Below are positions 23,251-37,666 of a DNA stretch of 64,000 nt, in pieces. The stretch lies in NCBI GenBank assembly GCA_022605425.2, contig CM061252.1, forward strand, positions 310,001 through 374,000, written 5' to 3'. Positions within the stretch are counted from its first letter, which is position 1. Each line of letters begins with the position of its first letter. The position numbers and the translations under genes were made by a program. The notes beneath the pieces were generated by a model. The model did not search any database and was not told the origin of the DNA. It was given only the letters and a program-made list of their open reading frames with translations. The stretch is from Hamiltosporidium tvaerminnensis FI-OER-3-3. Lineage: Eukaryota; Fungi; Microsporidia.

Positions 23251-24978
23251 TTTAAAAAATATTAAAAAAAATCATGAGCTATTTTACCATCAGATTATAA
23301 CTTATATTCTACAGGAGATATTTGCAAATCATTCAAATTTAAACCAATTTATTTGCGGTAAAACCTTTAAATATTTTAAATGTGGTATCTTTTAGCATAC
23401 TTCAAAAAAATATTGTGAAAAAAAAAATATTACGACAAGAAAGAAGCTGTAAATGAAAGGCAATCAGAAAAATATATTTTTTACAATATAGAAATTTTAA
23501 ATGAATTGTTTTCATTTAATTTAAAGATTTGTTTAAGTTCATTTCTAATTATATCAGATTTTTAGAAGGTAACATAACTTGCAATTAAGTAATGGTTTTG
23601 TTCGAATTTTATTTTGACTTTATGTTATTTATTTTGATTCTATAACAAATCAAACAATAGATTGAACTGTGGAGTTCTTTTTTTGCATTAAATTTTTAAA
23701 AAAACTTTGCAAAGAAATATTACAAAACATTAATAAAGAATCTTCTTTATTCAAGTTTACGAAAAATTGTATTTTAGTAAAACACTATCATATACTTCCT
23801 CTAAAGATATGATTTCACAAAAAATGTTCTTGAAAGTATTTGAGGAAATCGATCTGAAGATATAAGTATATAGAATAATTCGAGTCGACTTGATGTTTTA
23901 ATATCTTATAATTAGTCAAATATAGATACATTTAATACATAATTTAAAAATCCTTATCTAATATGGCATGTATTTACCAAAAAAATCATGCTTTCTATAT
24001 AAAATGATTATTTAAAGCACCGTAATGAGCACTGGCAATATAATTGAATCTTTAAATTGCCAATATATCCACAATATGACAATTTTCGTTACATTTTATA
24101 CATTCTTTCAATTTATATCAAATAATATTTTAATCTATTACTTAAAAATTCAGTTTCAATACAAATTACAAAATCTACAGATACTTTTTAATTGAAAGAT
24201 CGTAATATTTAGGTTTTTCTATTTCTAAGTTGTGTATCAGAAACAATTTATAAAAATTTCAAAGCAAACTATTTTCATTATAAGTTTTTAGATTTTCTTT
24301 AACTTTAAATTTTTGCATGCGTAATTTTTTACTTGTAAATAAGTTAAGCGGTTCTAAACATTCTATGAACATTTAATATATTGTAAACATATTTTTTTGG
24401 ATAAGAAATTACATATAGAAATCCAAATCGATCTGGTTTATGTTGAATATTTATACACTAGTTTTTCTTTAAAAAATAATTATAATTGAAACCGAATTAA
24501 GAATAGAAAACTAAGCTATGAAAATAATAGAAATAAAGAATGCAAAACCTATCATATCTAAACTATATGATAGAATTATAGCTAATAGTAATTTTTTTAG
24601 AACAGATTGATTGAGAATCAAATTATATAATATCCAATATGATAGAAACAATTGCCTATAAAAAATGACATTGTATAAATAATTAAAACGAAGGATAAAA
24701 ATAAATTAACCAATAATTTAAATAGTCAGTCCAATTTTTAGACTTTACTAAATATAATATTGAAAAGGGTTACGAGATGGAATAAGATATTTCAAATGTG
24801 TTATTATTTTTTTTTTATACTATTCTATGGCGCAACCTTCTCTGGTGATTCTGAGCCTTATTTATCAATATTTACCAGAATTAGAAAAAAAATAGAAACA
24901 ATTAATGATAAATTTATCAATAAAATAAGACAAAAAGTGTATTATAAATGTGAATTAAAAGTTTTAATCAATTGACTT

Positions 24979-25698
24979 TTATCTTGTTTTCCCCGCCTCA
25001 TATCTTCTTAAATAAGCCGAATATTCGTCGATTTGTTCTTGGTTCAAATATTTCGGAATATTATATTTTCTATCAATTTCGGGATCAACTCTTCTTCCCG
25101 AGCCTTGCTGTGACTGTGAACCACCGTTTTTTAGATTCGGTTGTTGTTGATAAGGATTGGCGCCGGATAGTTGTCCAGAAGAACTGGGACTTGGCTGTCT
25201 TTGCTGGTTACAACAGGGGCATGATCCCTGCTTAGGACAACATGGACATGATCTTTGTTGAGGAGAGTATGGATTCGATCGTTGTTGAGGACAGCATGGG
25301 CATGATCTCTGCTGAGGAGAGTATGGGTTCGATCCCTGCTGAGGACAGCATGGACATGATCTTTGCTGAGGAGAGTATGGGTTAGATCGTTGTTGAGGAC
25401 AGCATGGGCATGACCTCTGCTGAGGAGAGTATGGATTCGATCGTTGCTGAGGACAACATGGGCAGGATCTCTGCTGGGGAGAGTATGGATTCGGTCGTTG
25501 TTGAGGACAGCATGGGCATGATCTCGGTTGAGGAGAGTATGGATTCGGTCGTTGCTGAGGACAGCATGGGCAATATCCTTGTTGCCTATATGGGTTTGCA
25601 CATGGACATGTACTGCAAGCCGAAATAAATATATTCATATTTATTAATAATAGAATCAACATCACTACTGATAATCCAAAAATATTATTTTTTAGCAT
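24979..25698 (-). CDS. Secreted Cys/Pro/Gln-rich tandem-repeat protein
   Basis: Hydrophobic leader MLKNNIFGLSVVMLILLLINMNIFISA; six 18-aa repeats RSCPCCPQQRSNPYSPQQ plus two partial ones; charged C-terminal tail. Confidence 0.85.
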   Translation of the reverse strand: MLKNNIFGLSVVMLILLLINMNIFISACSTCPCANPYRQQGYCPCCPQQRPNPYSPQPRSCPCCPQQRPNPYSPQQRSCPCCPQQRSNPYSPQQRSCPCCPQQRSNPYSPQQRSCPCCPQQGSNPYSPQQRSCPCCPQQRSNPYSPQQRSCPCCPKQGSCPCCNQQRQPSPSSSGQLSGANPYQQQPNLKNGGSQSQQGSGRRVDPEIDRKYNIPKYLNQEQIDEYSAYLRRYEAGKTR

Positions 25699-27954
25699 AT
25701 AATTTCAGTATTCTATATACATATAGACTTCAAGAACAAATATATTTTCAGCATAAAAACTCACAATAAATTATATGAAGGTATCAAATAAAAAATTAAA
25801 AAAAAATTTAATGATAGGTAGTTTATATACGAACCAATAGCATTTTTATTTTCCTTTAATATTTTTTGTAATACGAAAAAAACCTATCTTGTATTTGTAA
25901 ATCTAAAATTATTTACTGAAAAATTCAGTTTTAACAAATCATAAGATATTTTAAAATTTTTTTTTTCTTTTCGATCAGTAATTCTACATTCTAAGTTTTC
26001 TCAAGTGATATGTGTTGATTGATTATATAATTTACAAATCAACCTAGATTTTAAACGCCACGATCCTTTAAAAAACCCAATTTTCTAGCAAGCATACTTC
26101 TCTACAAAAGAAAATATATTTTTTTGCGAGATTATTTTAGAGTTAGTTTTATATTCTAAACGTTACCATCGCTTATACGATAATTATTATAAGAAAAATA
26201 CAGAATAACACAAACATTTCGTAATATAATTATCATTATACTTGTTTTATAATCATATAGAAAATCTATAGGAAATCATAACATATTAAACGCTTAATTA
26301 CTATGCGAAAATATTTTATGATTTCTGATCATATATTAAATATTATAAACAACTAAATGTAATTCATTAAGAGTTGAAAAATCTTTTCTACCAAGATTTC
26401 AAGTTAACTTAAAATTTCATATTTAAATTTTATTTTTAAACTTCTTAGAGAATAAAACATTAATTTAAATTATTTATTTTTAGCTTTCTTTCTTTTCCAA
26501 CTTTCTAATCTCTTTAATTTAATATATAAGAAGATAATCACATTAGAAACTAGCTATTCGAAAAATTTTAAAGAAATGGGAGTAAAACGTATTGTTTGAT
26601 TTTTTTTTGGAATGAATACTATAAATGTTTTCGGTTACTTTATGTGGATTTATTTAATAATAGAGGCTAAAAAAATAGTGTAGATTTTCTTGAAAGTTAA
26701 TTTCTAGTTTTTTATGTAACCTGATTGCAAGCCTCGATTGAATTTGTAAATAATTGTCCATTTAAGGCATGAAATTTTGTCATGCTTCTTCGTGTTATAG
26801 AATTAGGCGCAAGCTAGGTACAAAATAAAAACCATTCAAAAAGCACAAGAACTAAGTATAGAGTCACACATACTATTATGATATGTCAAAGTTCAAGTAG
26901 ATTCGATTTAGGTTCCAAAATATATTTTATTTGGAAGTCTATTTAGTTCCGAAAGTCTTGAGTAAATGAAAACACAGCTATTCCGAAGCCTACGGTAAGT
27001 TTCAATTGTTATCACACCATAGGCGACGTAAATTAACAAACTCATGGCAACATTTGCCCATAAATGATTCGTATACACATTTTTGAAGAAAGTTTTTGAA
27101 TTTAGGTATCCGAGCGATACTGAAGAATTTAAAGTAAGCAGTTATCTATGCTGAGCACGAAACAGCGAATATCATGGAAATAATACAATAATTTCTCTTT
27201 TTTTAAAAGATGTGATGCTTAGATAAACTAAAATTTGTAATAATGACCAAATTTCTTGGCTAAAAAAGATGAAAACTGAATAAAATGCAATTTTCTATAG
27301 AAATCAAAAAATTATTTAAACTCTAGCTCAATTCATTGAAATAATAGAAAGGTATTAGTTCGGAATTAAGCTTTATTAAAATTTCTTTGATAAATTTTTA
27401 TTCTAAAAGTATAAATTTTTCCTTTAAATGTAAAGAGAAATGAATTTTTCATATTTGATAAATTTTAGAAAATTTTATAAAACTAACATGTAATTGATTT
27501 CTGAGGAACTTTATCATCATATTGCATATATGATCTGAAAAGAAACATACTATATTCTGATGTTGACGCCTATTCTTACAAAGCCATATTCTTTTGGATT
27601 CGATATAAGGAAACCACAATTAAATCTATAGATTTTATTGAATAAGAATAAATCACAAGTGCAAAAAATAATTATAGCTTATTAAATGTTATATTTCATA
27701 GCAATATCGATAATAGTTTTTTTATTTAATGAACTTTACAAAGAATATGTTTCGGATAATTTAATTAAGTTCAAGGAGAATAACCTAAGAAAAATGAAAC
27801 AAAATGCATACTTGTAAGTTTTTTAATTATTATTTTCTTAGTTCGTAAGATTTTCCTTATCATAAACTGGTGGGTTAAACATACCAAAAAACACTTATTG
27901 AAACCTCAAATATTAAAAATTTAATCTTTAAGGAAGAGCCCTACTCAAAATAAA

Positions 27955-30900
27955 TCATTCGGCGCCAAAGAAATCGAAAAAATTCCAAAAATCGTCTAAG
28001 TCATCATATACGCCAAGCTCGCCATAATCTCTACCGCCATATTCCTCATAACCTCTACCGCCATATCCGCCATAACCTCTACCGCCATATCCGCCATAAC
28101 CTCTACCGCCATATCCGCTACCGCCATATCCGCTACCGCCATATCCTATACCGCCATATCCTCTACCGCCATATCCTCTACTGCCATATTCCTCATAACT
28201 TCTACCGCCATATCCGCCATAACCTCTACCGCCATAACCTCTACCGCCATATCCTCTACCGCCATATCCTCTACTGCCATATCCTCTATCGCCATAACCA
28301 CCATAGCCATCATAACCTCTACCACCATAACCTCTACCACCATAACCGCCATAGCCATCATAACCTCTACCGCCATATCCGCCATAACCGCCATAACCTC
28401 TACCGCCATAATTACCATAGCCATCATAACCTCTACCGCCATATCCGCCATAACCACCATAGCCATCATAACCTCTATCCCCATATCTACCGTATCCATC
28501 ATAACCTCTATCGCCGTATCCACCGTATCCATCATATCTTTGATTATCATGTTCATTTCTCTTTGTGTTATAAGGATCTAATTTGTTCTTTTGCTGTGTT
28601 TTGTTAGGTAACTTTTCACTTTTACCTGGTAGTGTATCAGATAGTATTTGTGAATCAGCCCTTCCACTTTTATTTTCTTTGGTTTTTTGATTTGATTGTG
28701 GATCATCTTTTTTTGTTTCAGCCTCAGCTTTTTTAGGTGAATCAGGTTTATTATTAGTACTTGTATCTTGAGCAGGTGATGAATCCAATGATTTAGAAAC
28801 AGCATCCGTGCCATCTGTAGGGGATTTATTTGAATCAGAGGAATTGGAGGAGTTAGATAGGAGTTGAAGAAGTTTTGGAATCAGAAGGTGAACCTCGATT
28901 TGAGGAAGCATTCTGAGGGGAGATAACCGAACTATCGTTTTTAGCAGGGAATATCAGTATGAGGATTTGAAGTTTGGTTTGAAGGCAAAGTTGCTGATGG
29001 ATTATTCATTGATTTTTTTTCATCCTGAGAAGATTTTGAAGTGGTTGTTGGAGAAGAACCAGGTGTCGCCTCTAATGATGGAAGTGTTGTGGAGGGTAGA
29101 GAAGAGATTGGTGAAGAAGTGGCTGAAGAGGGTGGATCGGGGGTTGAAGAAGTTGATTTTGGTGAGGGAAGGGTTGCGGCAGAACATGCAGAAGGCTTGG
29201 AATTTAAAGATACAGGAGTGGTTGGTTTTGAAGATTGAGAAGAAGGCGAAGGTTGAGAAGTTTGAGAAGATGGTGAAGCTGAAGAAGCTTGGGTAGGTTG
29301 AGAAGATGGAGAAGATGGTGAAGATGGTGAAGCTGAAGAAGCTTGGGTAGGTTGAGAAGATGGAGAAGATGGAGAAGATGGAGAAGATGGAGAAGATGGA
29401 GAAGATGGAGAAGATGGAGAAGATGGAGAAGATTGAGAAGATGGAGGAGGTTGAGAAAATGGAGAAGGTTGAGAAGATGGAGAAGGTTGAGAAGATGGAG
29501 GAGGTGGTGAGGGTTTTGAAGATGGAGAAGAGGGGATAGGTGTGTCTGTTGTGAAAGCAGAAAAACCACCATCTGTATCTGATTTATTTGATGAAGAAGA
29601 TGTTTCGGAAAGGGAAATCGGCACATCTCCTATACTTCGAAGTTTTTCATTCCCATTACTTGTTTTTTGAGGTGATAACTCAGACCCCGAATCTTTTGTT
29701 TTTTTTCGTTGGCATGCACTGCAATAATTTTCACTCATCTGACTTTGAAATTGTGTACCTTGCATATTACTATTCATATTAGAAGGATTGTTTTTATTTG
29801 ATTCAGTCGAGTCTTTATTATTTAAACGCTTTTCCTCCTGTTTCTTTGGTACGTTTGCATTATATGTCTCGTTTATTTCACCAGGTAGCCCACCATCCTG
29901 CCTTTTCTCATTCTTAAGATCAATATTGCCATCTTTATTCTTATTTTTCTGCTGTATAGCTCTTGGTTCTTGGATTTGCTCCCTGCTTTTTATAACACCT
30001 TGAGCCACATCCTTTATTTCAGCTTCATTAGAATCTTTTATCGCTAACTCAGTATCTCTGCTATTTTGCTTTGCATCTTTTGCACCACCTAGAGTATTAT
30101 TAGATCCATCATTAGGTTTTGATGCAATAGCATCAGAATTTTCGCTTTCATTTTTTTCATTTTCAGCTTGAGTTTTCTTAGTTGTGCCGGAAACACCCGT
30201 GTTATTATTTGCATTCAATGAACCTAGTTCATTGCTACCGGCAGAAGCATTTTTGCTTGTTCCACCAACATCTATTTCTTTTTTATTTAGGGGTGAATCA
30301 AATTTTCGATTGTCCAATGAACCACCTCGATTTCCCAGAGATCTTTTTCTGGGAAATTGGCTTTCATACATGGACAAAAATTGTTTATTCATCTCTCTAT
30401 AAAATCTATTCGCTTCCTCGGCGTTACCAAAATTAAGAAAATCGGAATTTCGATATTTTTCATTTCTTCTTGCGTTATTACCGTCATCTAATGCACCCCT
30501 ACCGTAGTTTATTCTGTTACTGCCTTTATTCATTGCACCAGTTCTACCTCCTGCACCTCTCTCATAAATTCTACCACCTCCGCTCATTGCGCCGACTCCG
30601 CTCATTCTATCTCTTCCATTTACTGCCCCGGATCTATTCATTGGAACCTTTTTACTCATTTCATCGCTGTCACTCATTACACCATTTCGATATATTGCCC
30701 CCTGTCCACCTATTGCACCACCTCTACCCATCGTTTCACCTTCACCGCTAGCTCTTGCCCCAACTTCATTATTTGCACCACTTTTGCTCCCTCTATCGCC
30801 TCCATTTATTGCATAACTATCATTTATTACACCTCCACTTCTTATTGCACCAATTCCACCGCCCCCACCTATGTTTTCACCAGCACTGTTGCCTATTTCG

Positions 30901-31328
30901 TTAACACCTATTCCACCACCACCGCTACTTTTTGAACCCCCACTCATTAAACCTCCATCGCTATTCATTACGCTCCCACCGCTACCCATTGCGCCGTTCC
31001 TGCCACTCATTGCGCCGTTCCTGCCACTCATTGCGCCGCCACTTCCCCTCATCGCCCCACCACCTCCCCTCATTGCCCCGCCACTGCCACGCATTGCGAA
31101 TTTCCCGCCATTCATTGCATTACCCGAATATCCTCCATTCAATTGTCCAAATTGATTATTTTGCATTTGATCATTGAATTGAATCGGTGCAGATCTATAG
31201 CTAGATGATCGTCTTATAGCAGGCGCTGCATTTTTATAACTATATCCGCCACTCTTATATCTGCTTCTAGCTGCACCAATTTTCAAAAACATAAAACAGA
31301 TAACAAAAAGCTTTTTTGTCAAAACCAT
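27955..31328 (-). CDS. Large (~1120 aa) secreted low-complexity protein with Gly/Met-rich, Ser-Pro and GGYGGRGY repeat blocks; split into two ORFs by two single-base insertions
   Basis: Leader MVLTKKLFVICFMFLKIGAA. Removing one base near 28948 and one near 28858 gives a continuous ...DIPAKNDSSVISPQNASSNRGSPSDSKTSSTPSNSSNSSDSNK..., joining 28941..31328 to the tail of 27955..28911. Confidence 0.8.
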
Positions 31329-32306
31329 ATTCGATGGATCTAGTCTCCTTAAACCGTTTCCCTCTCCTTTAAAAACGCTATATCATTTTTCTTGTCGAGG
31401 TAAATTCGCACGTCATTGGATTTATTTAACCTTTTTCCTTTTTTTTTCATCAGTAATTTGTTACCCAAATACTATGTTTTTCTATTTGTTTAAATTTATA
31501 CACATTATAGGCAAACCTTCATACCAGTTTCCAGTAATTGGTTTCATCAACAATTTTTTTCGAAAACTTATTGCCTCAATCGTGTTTAATTTTTTTTCAA
31601 AAAAATATGAATCGAATAAAAATGTTTTTTACCCATAATATTTTGTTAACCAATTTTCAAAAATTATTATAACTTACTTTTAGAATATTTAAAAATTTAA
31701 GTAGTTTCTATATTTAAAGGTAAAAAAAATATTATCAAACATTTTTTTACATTTAAATCATTTCATTTTTTTTTTGATTTTTTAAAAACAATGGAATCAA
31801 ATTTATAACTTTATATCCAAAAGAAGAAATTGATAAATTAAGCTATAAACCATTTCCAATAATTGCTTAACACTATATATTAATAATACTTTCATGTATA
31901 ATTTATTATATCTTTGATAGTTTAGTGATATTATTCTATACTAAACTTAAAATCTTAAAAGTATTGCTTGATGATATTTTCATTCTATTTTCTAGATTCT
32001 TAATAAATCATTTTACGATATACTAAGATAATTTTAGCCTCTAAACCACTGAATTGTATGTTTTAAATAAAAAAACTTCCAAATGAAATAATCGAAAAAA
32101 AATGCGTTATTTGTTATAGTAATCTCAGATAATTTGTTTTATATCAATTTTGTGAAGCTTTATGTATTTGATTAAATATATTGTTTATATCTGAAATATT
32201 GATACACTAATATTGATAATTTATATTTTTATTGATTTTTTCAATATCCCTATTAAAATTTATACATTATTAAAAAATTATTTAATGTCTAAGCAATACG
32301 ATCCCC

Positions 32307-33140
32307 TGCCATAGTACCCGTAAGCCCTCATTTTATTTACTATAAAACTTTAAAATGATCTAAAACCATTATGGAAAGATTCTTAAAGGTAGAAATTGAA
32401 TGTAATTCAGTAAATTAAGATATGTTTTAACACACCCCTGCATTTATAGGCACAACCTTCCACGATATTAATTCGTATAAAAATATATTTTATGCGATTC
32501 TGTAACACTTCCTTTATTCTATGACATAGTGACTTTACGCTATACAAAGGATCCCTTCTTAAAGTACTAAATGTTTAAAACAATATTGTATATTAATATC
32601 TTGTTTCGGTTTCTTTATACTACTACTCCCTTGTAACATTACATAAATTTCAAGTAAACCTTATTAATAAGAAAGGAAACAAAAATCGTTAAGTCCTCTT
32701 TTTCTTCTTAAAACTGTATTTTAGTAACTTAAATGTTATTGGTTTTGATTTTTTCAAAATTTTTATTGATACATGAAGTGATATTTATAGAGAAAAGGAA
32801 AAAAACCAAAGAGGAGAGTTCTAAAGCAAATGATTTAATTTTGAATAAATTTTTAATTTTTTCGCTTTCTTAACTCTTTCTCGATCAATTTTCAAATCCA
32901 TTTTGATGTTATTTGATTGAGATATCTTTTTTTCAAAAACAGTCGTTTCCTGTCAAAAATTCAAATGTAAATTTTTTTCAAGAGCCTATAGCCTCAAAAA
33001 AAAGGAGGAATCTGCTGAATTTTTACTTTTAGTTGAAGATTAAAATTTAATAGAAGAAACTAACTGGCGATGTTATAACGGATCGCAAAAGTCCATTATA
33101 GGATATTTAAGTCTCGAGGGGTGTTACGGGTAGAATGGCA
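32307..33140. mobile_element. Decayed ~830-bp DNA transposon bounded by imperfect inverted repeats; possibly Merlin/IS1595-like
   Basis: TGCCATagTACCCGTAAgCCCTC (32307-32329) matches the reverse complement of 33116-33140, TGCCATtcTACCCGTAAcacCCCTC. Minus-strand fragment NIVEG....RGVLKH lies inside. Confidence 0.45.
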
Positions 33141-34890
33141 TGTCTCATTTAATATCAAATTTGATTTATAAACTATTGGTTGTTGTAAAGTAAAAGAATT
33201 TTATTGTGAAAGAAAAAATTCATTTTAAAGTTTGTGGTTTATTTTTTATGAACTATTGATTTTTAATTTAACCTAAAACATAATTTTAGATTATAAATTT
33301 AATACCCATAAACTTAAAAATCATTTATAAAATTCAGTAATTTCCACGACCAAGACGAATCACCTCGAAATGTTTAATTGGTTTAAAAACTATAATACAT
33401 CAATGAGCGTGCTTCAATTAAGATATGTCTCTTTCTATTTGTTCATAAATCTTACACAACCAATTATGGTGAGAAAAGTGAGTATGAAAAAATTGAAAAG
33501 ATTCTATTGATAAAAAAAATATTTGAAATAGAATTCATAAATTTTCTTTATATTGTATTATTTATCAAGAATAACATAATAGATATGTTTTTTTAAATTT
33601 TCCTACAGTTTTCATTTTGGAAAAAAATTTACTCACTTGCTTGAGATTTTTTTTCCAAGAATTTACGGATACATAAAAAATTCATTGAAAAGATTGATGC
33701 TTTTTTACTATTTTATGTACAATATATTTATTCTCATAATAATTGCACAAAACAATTTTGCTTGAATAGCTTCGTGGAACTTTATCCTGATTAAATTATT
33801 AGATTTTTCATGAAAATAACTAAGATTTTATACAATAAATAAATTAAATAATGCAGCATATAGTTAAAAGAACGATGATTTCAGACAAAGAAAATTCTTC
33901 ATCTGAAAAAAATTCTTCGAGAAAAAAGACAGAATTGACTAAAAATAGGTCGAAAGTGAACAGACTAAACATAAAATGCCGATCCGAAGCTCTGAAAAAT
34001 TGAAATTAAATAAAACAGAAGGAGGAGAATAGGCTAATTAAAAAATATCCTCAATTTTTTTGAGAAATTGCTTGAGAGGATAAATAATCCAAAAATGAAG
34101 GACTAAAAAATACATGAGAAACAGACTAAGTGAGAGTATAAAATTTTTATTAAAAATGTTAAGAAAATATGGCTCAGATAGTGAATTTAAGGATTATTTT
34201 CGGGATTTTTTTTCTTAGGAATGATAAAGAAAGTTCGTTTCTACGATCTTAACGTCCAGTAAACTTATTTTTAACAATATTTAATCAAGAAATGCATATA
34301 AAATTTTAGTGCAAAAGAATTCTGTGACGTAATCACTTTAGATCAAAAATATAATGTCTCAAATGTTGTTTAAATATGACTTAGAATTTGATAAAAAAAA
34401 ATAAATCATAATAAAGTTCCAGGTTCCCTTATTAATATTAAAGGTAAAAATTTACGAACTTATATTGCATTATTTTGTATCTAAAATAAATTTTAAACAA
34501 ATTAACCAATAAATAAGATTTAATAAGTTTTAGATTCCGATTGGATTAAAATACTTGTTTTTAGACCAATCAATTGGCATCATTTCCGTTATTATTTCAT
34601 TTTACACAAAAATCTAGTACGATTTATTGTAATGTATAAATACTATAAATTAATAGAATATTCAAATTAAAAAAAATATTTTATTTAACTCAATTAGTTT
34701 AATTAAAAGACTTATTGATTTTCCAAAACTGATTAACATTTTAAAACGTTAGAATAGTTGATAAGAATAAAATATGATTTGAATATATAATTTATTACTT
34801 TTAAAATATCAGAATAAAATTATTTTTATGTAAAAGAAATAGAAATTTGAAATTTTTCACAAGAAATAAAAAAATGATAAAAACAACATT

Positions 34891-35115
34891 TTAATTCTGA
34901 GCTTGATGGTCAAGCTTGTTTTTCTTATTACCTCTAGTAGAATTACTAGAGCGTCTAGACGAACTTGACCTAGAATAGCTTGCTTTATAATATCCAGCTC
35001 TTATACCATTGGCTCCACCAGCAGCTTCTCTACCTTCCGTAGCAAATATACAATCCAACATAAATGTAAAGCAAATCAAACTCAACATATATCTAATAAT
35101 ATTATTTTTCGACAT
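34891..35115 (-). CDS. Small secreted Ser/Arg-rich peptide
   Basis: Leader MSKNNIIRYMLSLICFTFMLDCIFA. AGYYKASYSRSSSSRRSS resembles the post-leader segment of the 40541 and 45408 genes. TATATAAAG about 20 nt upstream. Confidence 0.7.
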   Translation of the reverse strand: MSKNNIIRYMLSLICFTFMLDCIFATEGREAAGGANGIRAGYYKASYSRSSSSRRSSNSTRGNKKNKLDHQAQN

Positions 35116-36640
35116 AAAAGTATATTTCCATGTCTTTATATAGTTTGGTAGAAAAATTTAAACAAATAATATTATTTTGATTATCTTTATTGTTATCTGA
35201 ATTTGATTTAATAACGAATTCTACCCAGTTATTTTACAAAAAAAAAGATTAAATTCATTTTACAATGATTTTAAGATTTCAAATAAAATTTTTAGATAAT
35301 CAACATCAAATATTAATAATTCTATTATTATTTCGGTTGAACACTATCACTGAATAAAATTATTTATATTACAACCAATTATGATTTTGCAGATTAAATA
35401 TATTAATTTATACGTTTTTATTATTGGACATTCCCTTTTTTGGGTTTTTGCTCGTTTTTTTGATACATTGTTTGATATTTAAAATTTTTAAGAGTCTAAG
35501 TAATTTATAGATAAGAAATTATAATAAACATATTATACCGGAAAAAACATTTTAATTTATTTACAATGAAAATTTCTCTTGATTTAACATAAAGTTTTTC
35601 TTATATGTTTAGTTTTTTTCATAATAAACCTCTCCTCCTTTGATTTTTCAAGTTTTTTCCTAAAAACCATTTTGAGATGAAATTGTGAAAAAACTAGCAT
35701 AAAAAAATTAAATATATATGGATGAACTTATATCTGCCAAAAACAACTATTTTTTCACATGTTTAATAATTTTCTTTTATAACTTCGGTTTCTACGAAGT
35801 GATCATATTAAATTTTTAGTTTTTCTTTCGCTAAGAATCGCTATAAGAAAAATTTTAGTTTATTTAGCTATTCATGATCCTACTGACAGGTATTTTAAAA
35901 TTTAACGCAAATTTTTGAATACACTGCTTTCGAATATATATATTTTCATAAATATTCTTTTATGATTTTTCATAACATTGAATTATTGCACAAGCAAGAT
36001 CGAGCCAAAGATATGCAAAATTTATACTTTCTCACTTTATTTTTATATTAATTATACTTCAAAAATGTGTTTATCTTTAAATAAACAATTAATTTGATAT
36101 TTTTAATTGAAGTAGATTATAAATAAATCTAAAAAGAGATTATTTACTAACATATTATGTTTTCATTTTATCTCACTGTGTTGAGGATGTACAAATGAAT
36201 GTTTTCCATTTGTTTCTATTAATCACTTGTTACTTAGGATTATAGGCGATTGGCTTGTGATCCATGTGTTTTATATTCCACCACAATGGCAGCAAAAATT
36301 TAACACGAATGTACACATTCATTACCAAGTAGAAAGTTTTTAATGTGGCTACTCCCCTTCTACCTTTTGATAGAGATACAAATATTAAAACAAAATTCTC
36401 TTTTTTCAAATTAATCACTTATTTAAATCGGTAAAAATTAAGTTTTTAAACTATGTTCGAACTATTGAACTCAACAATAAAATTCAAACATGCCATGTCT
36501 TAACCTAAAAAATACTCAATAAATATTTGATTTAGATTTTCGAAAAAGTTAAAATTAACAAGCAAAACATAGTTAGATTGAAAATATTAAAAATAATGAC
36601 TAAAATTTTAAAAAATTTGAAAATAAATAAATAATTTTAG

Positions 36641-37255
36641 CTAATTTTTTTGTAAGGAAACAATTAATATTTCAATTTGTATTAAAAATTTACTGATCGT
36701 AAAAAAATATATTTCGAGTAACAAACCACAACAATTTAAATTTAAAGATGTTTTATATTTATCAATCAAATAACAAACATAAGTATTTAATTCTTCTTTT
36801 TTTAAATTGAAATCTTTATTCGTACAATCTATTAATGATACAATATTGAGTAAACTATTGAATATATCTAACATTTTTTTGCTGAAAATATCTGATTTGT
36901 TAAAATCAAAGTTTTTATATGGATTTGTTTTTAAATATTCCTTTAAATCTTTTACCATTGAAGAAAATTCTTTGATATCTTGGGTGGAAACCACAGATGT
37001 AAATGAATAATCTGTTGTAATGTTTGCCTGTGCACAATATCTCCTCTTTGTACTTTTTTGTCTATCTAATGAGAAGAAATATTTTCTGTTATTTACGTTT
37101 CTACTCTTATATGCTATAATCTCATTTATTTCATATAATTTCTCTTTCACGCATCTTATTTCATTCACAATTGTTTCATGTTCATTAGTAGAAATAATAT
37201 TTGTATTAAAAAATATTAAAATCATTAAAAAGAATTTTTTTGCATTGTTTTTCAT
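36641..37255 (-). CDS. Hypothetical secreted protein, 204 aa
   Basis: Open frame with leader MKNNAKKFFLMILIFFNTNIIS; no recognised domain. Confidence 0.65.
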   Translation of the reverse strand: MKNNAKKFFLMILIFFNTNIISTNEHETIVNEIRCVKEKLYEINEIIAYKSRNVNNRKYFFSLDRQKSTKRRYCAQANITTDYSFTSVVSTQDIKEFSSMVKDLKEYLKTNPYKNFDFNKSDIFSKKMLDIFNSLLNIVSLIDCTNKDFNLKKEELNTYVCYLIDKYKTSLNLNCCGLLLEIYFFTISKFLIQIEILIVSLQKN

Positions 37256-37666
37256 ATTACTTAAAGACGATAAAAAATTGTTTTATAGTTTCTTAATTTA
37301 TTTTCAAATAGCTAAGGCTTATATTAATACAATCTTTAATTCCATATTAATAATTTATATTTCTAAAATTTATTAAGTTAATTAATTTTTAATTAAGATA
37401 TAAATTTTTACAATTAAAAAATATAGCGATGAAAAATTAATTATTTTAATTGGCTTTATATTGATATATTTGTTAGAAAAAAGTATAACATCAGATTCTC
37501 AATTAAAAAATTATTGATAAAAAGAATTTAAATTAGCTCAATTATATTTTTGGGCTAAAAATTTAAATTAAAAAATTACAAACTAAATATATTAATACAT
37601 TTTGATAGTGAAATACTAATTAATGATCAAATATTATATTAAAGGAGATACTAAAGTAGTGATTAC

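Noticed and set aside
25230-25570. CRISPR-like regular repeats (also 40700-40975)
   Set aside because: Contiguous coding tandem repeats without unique spacers, in a eukaryotic context with no cas genes.
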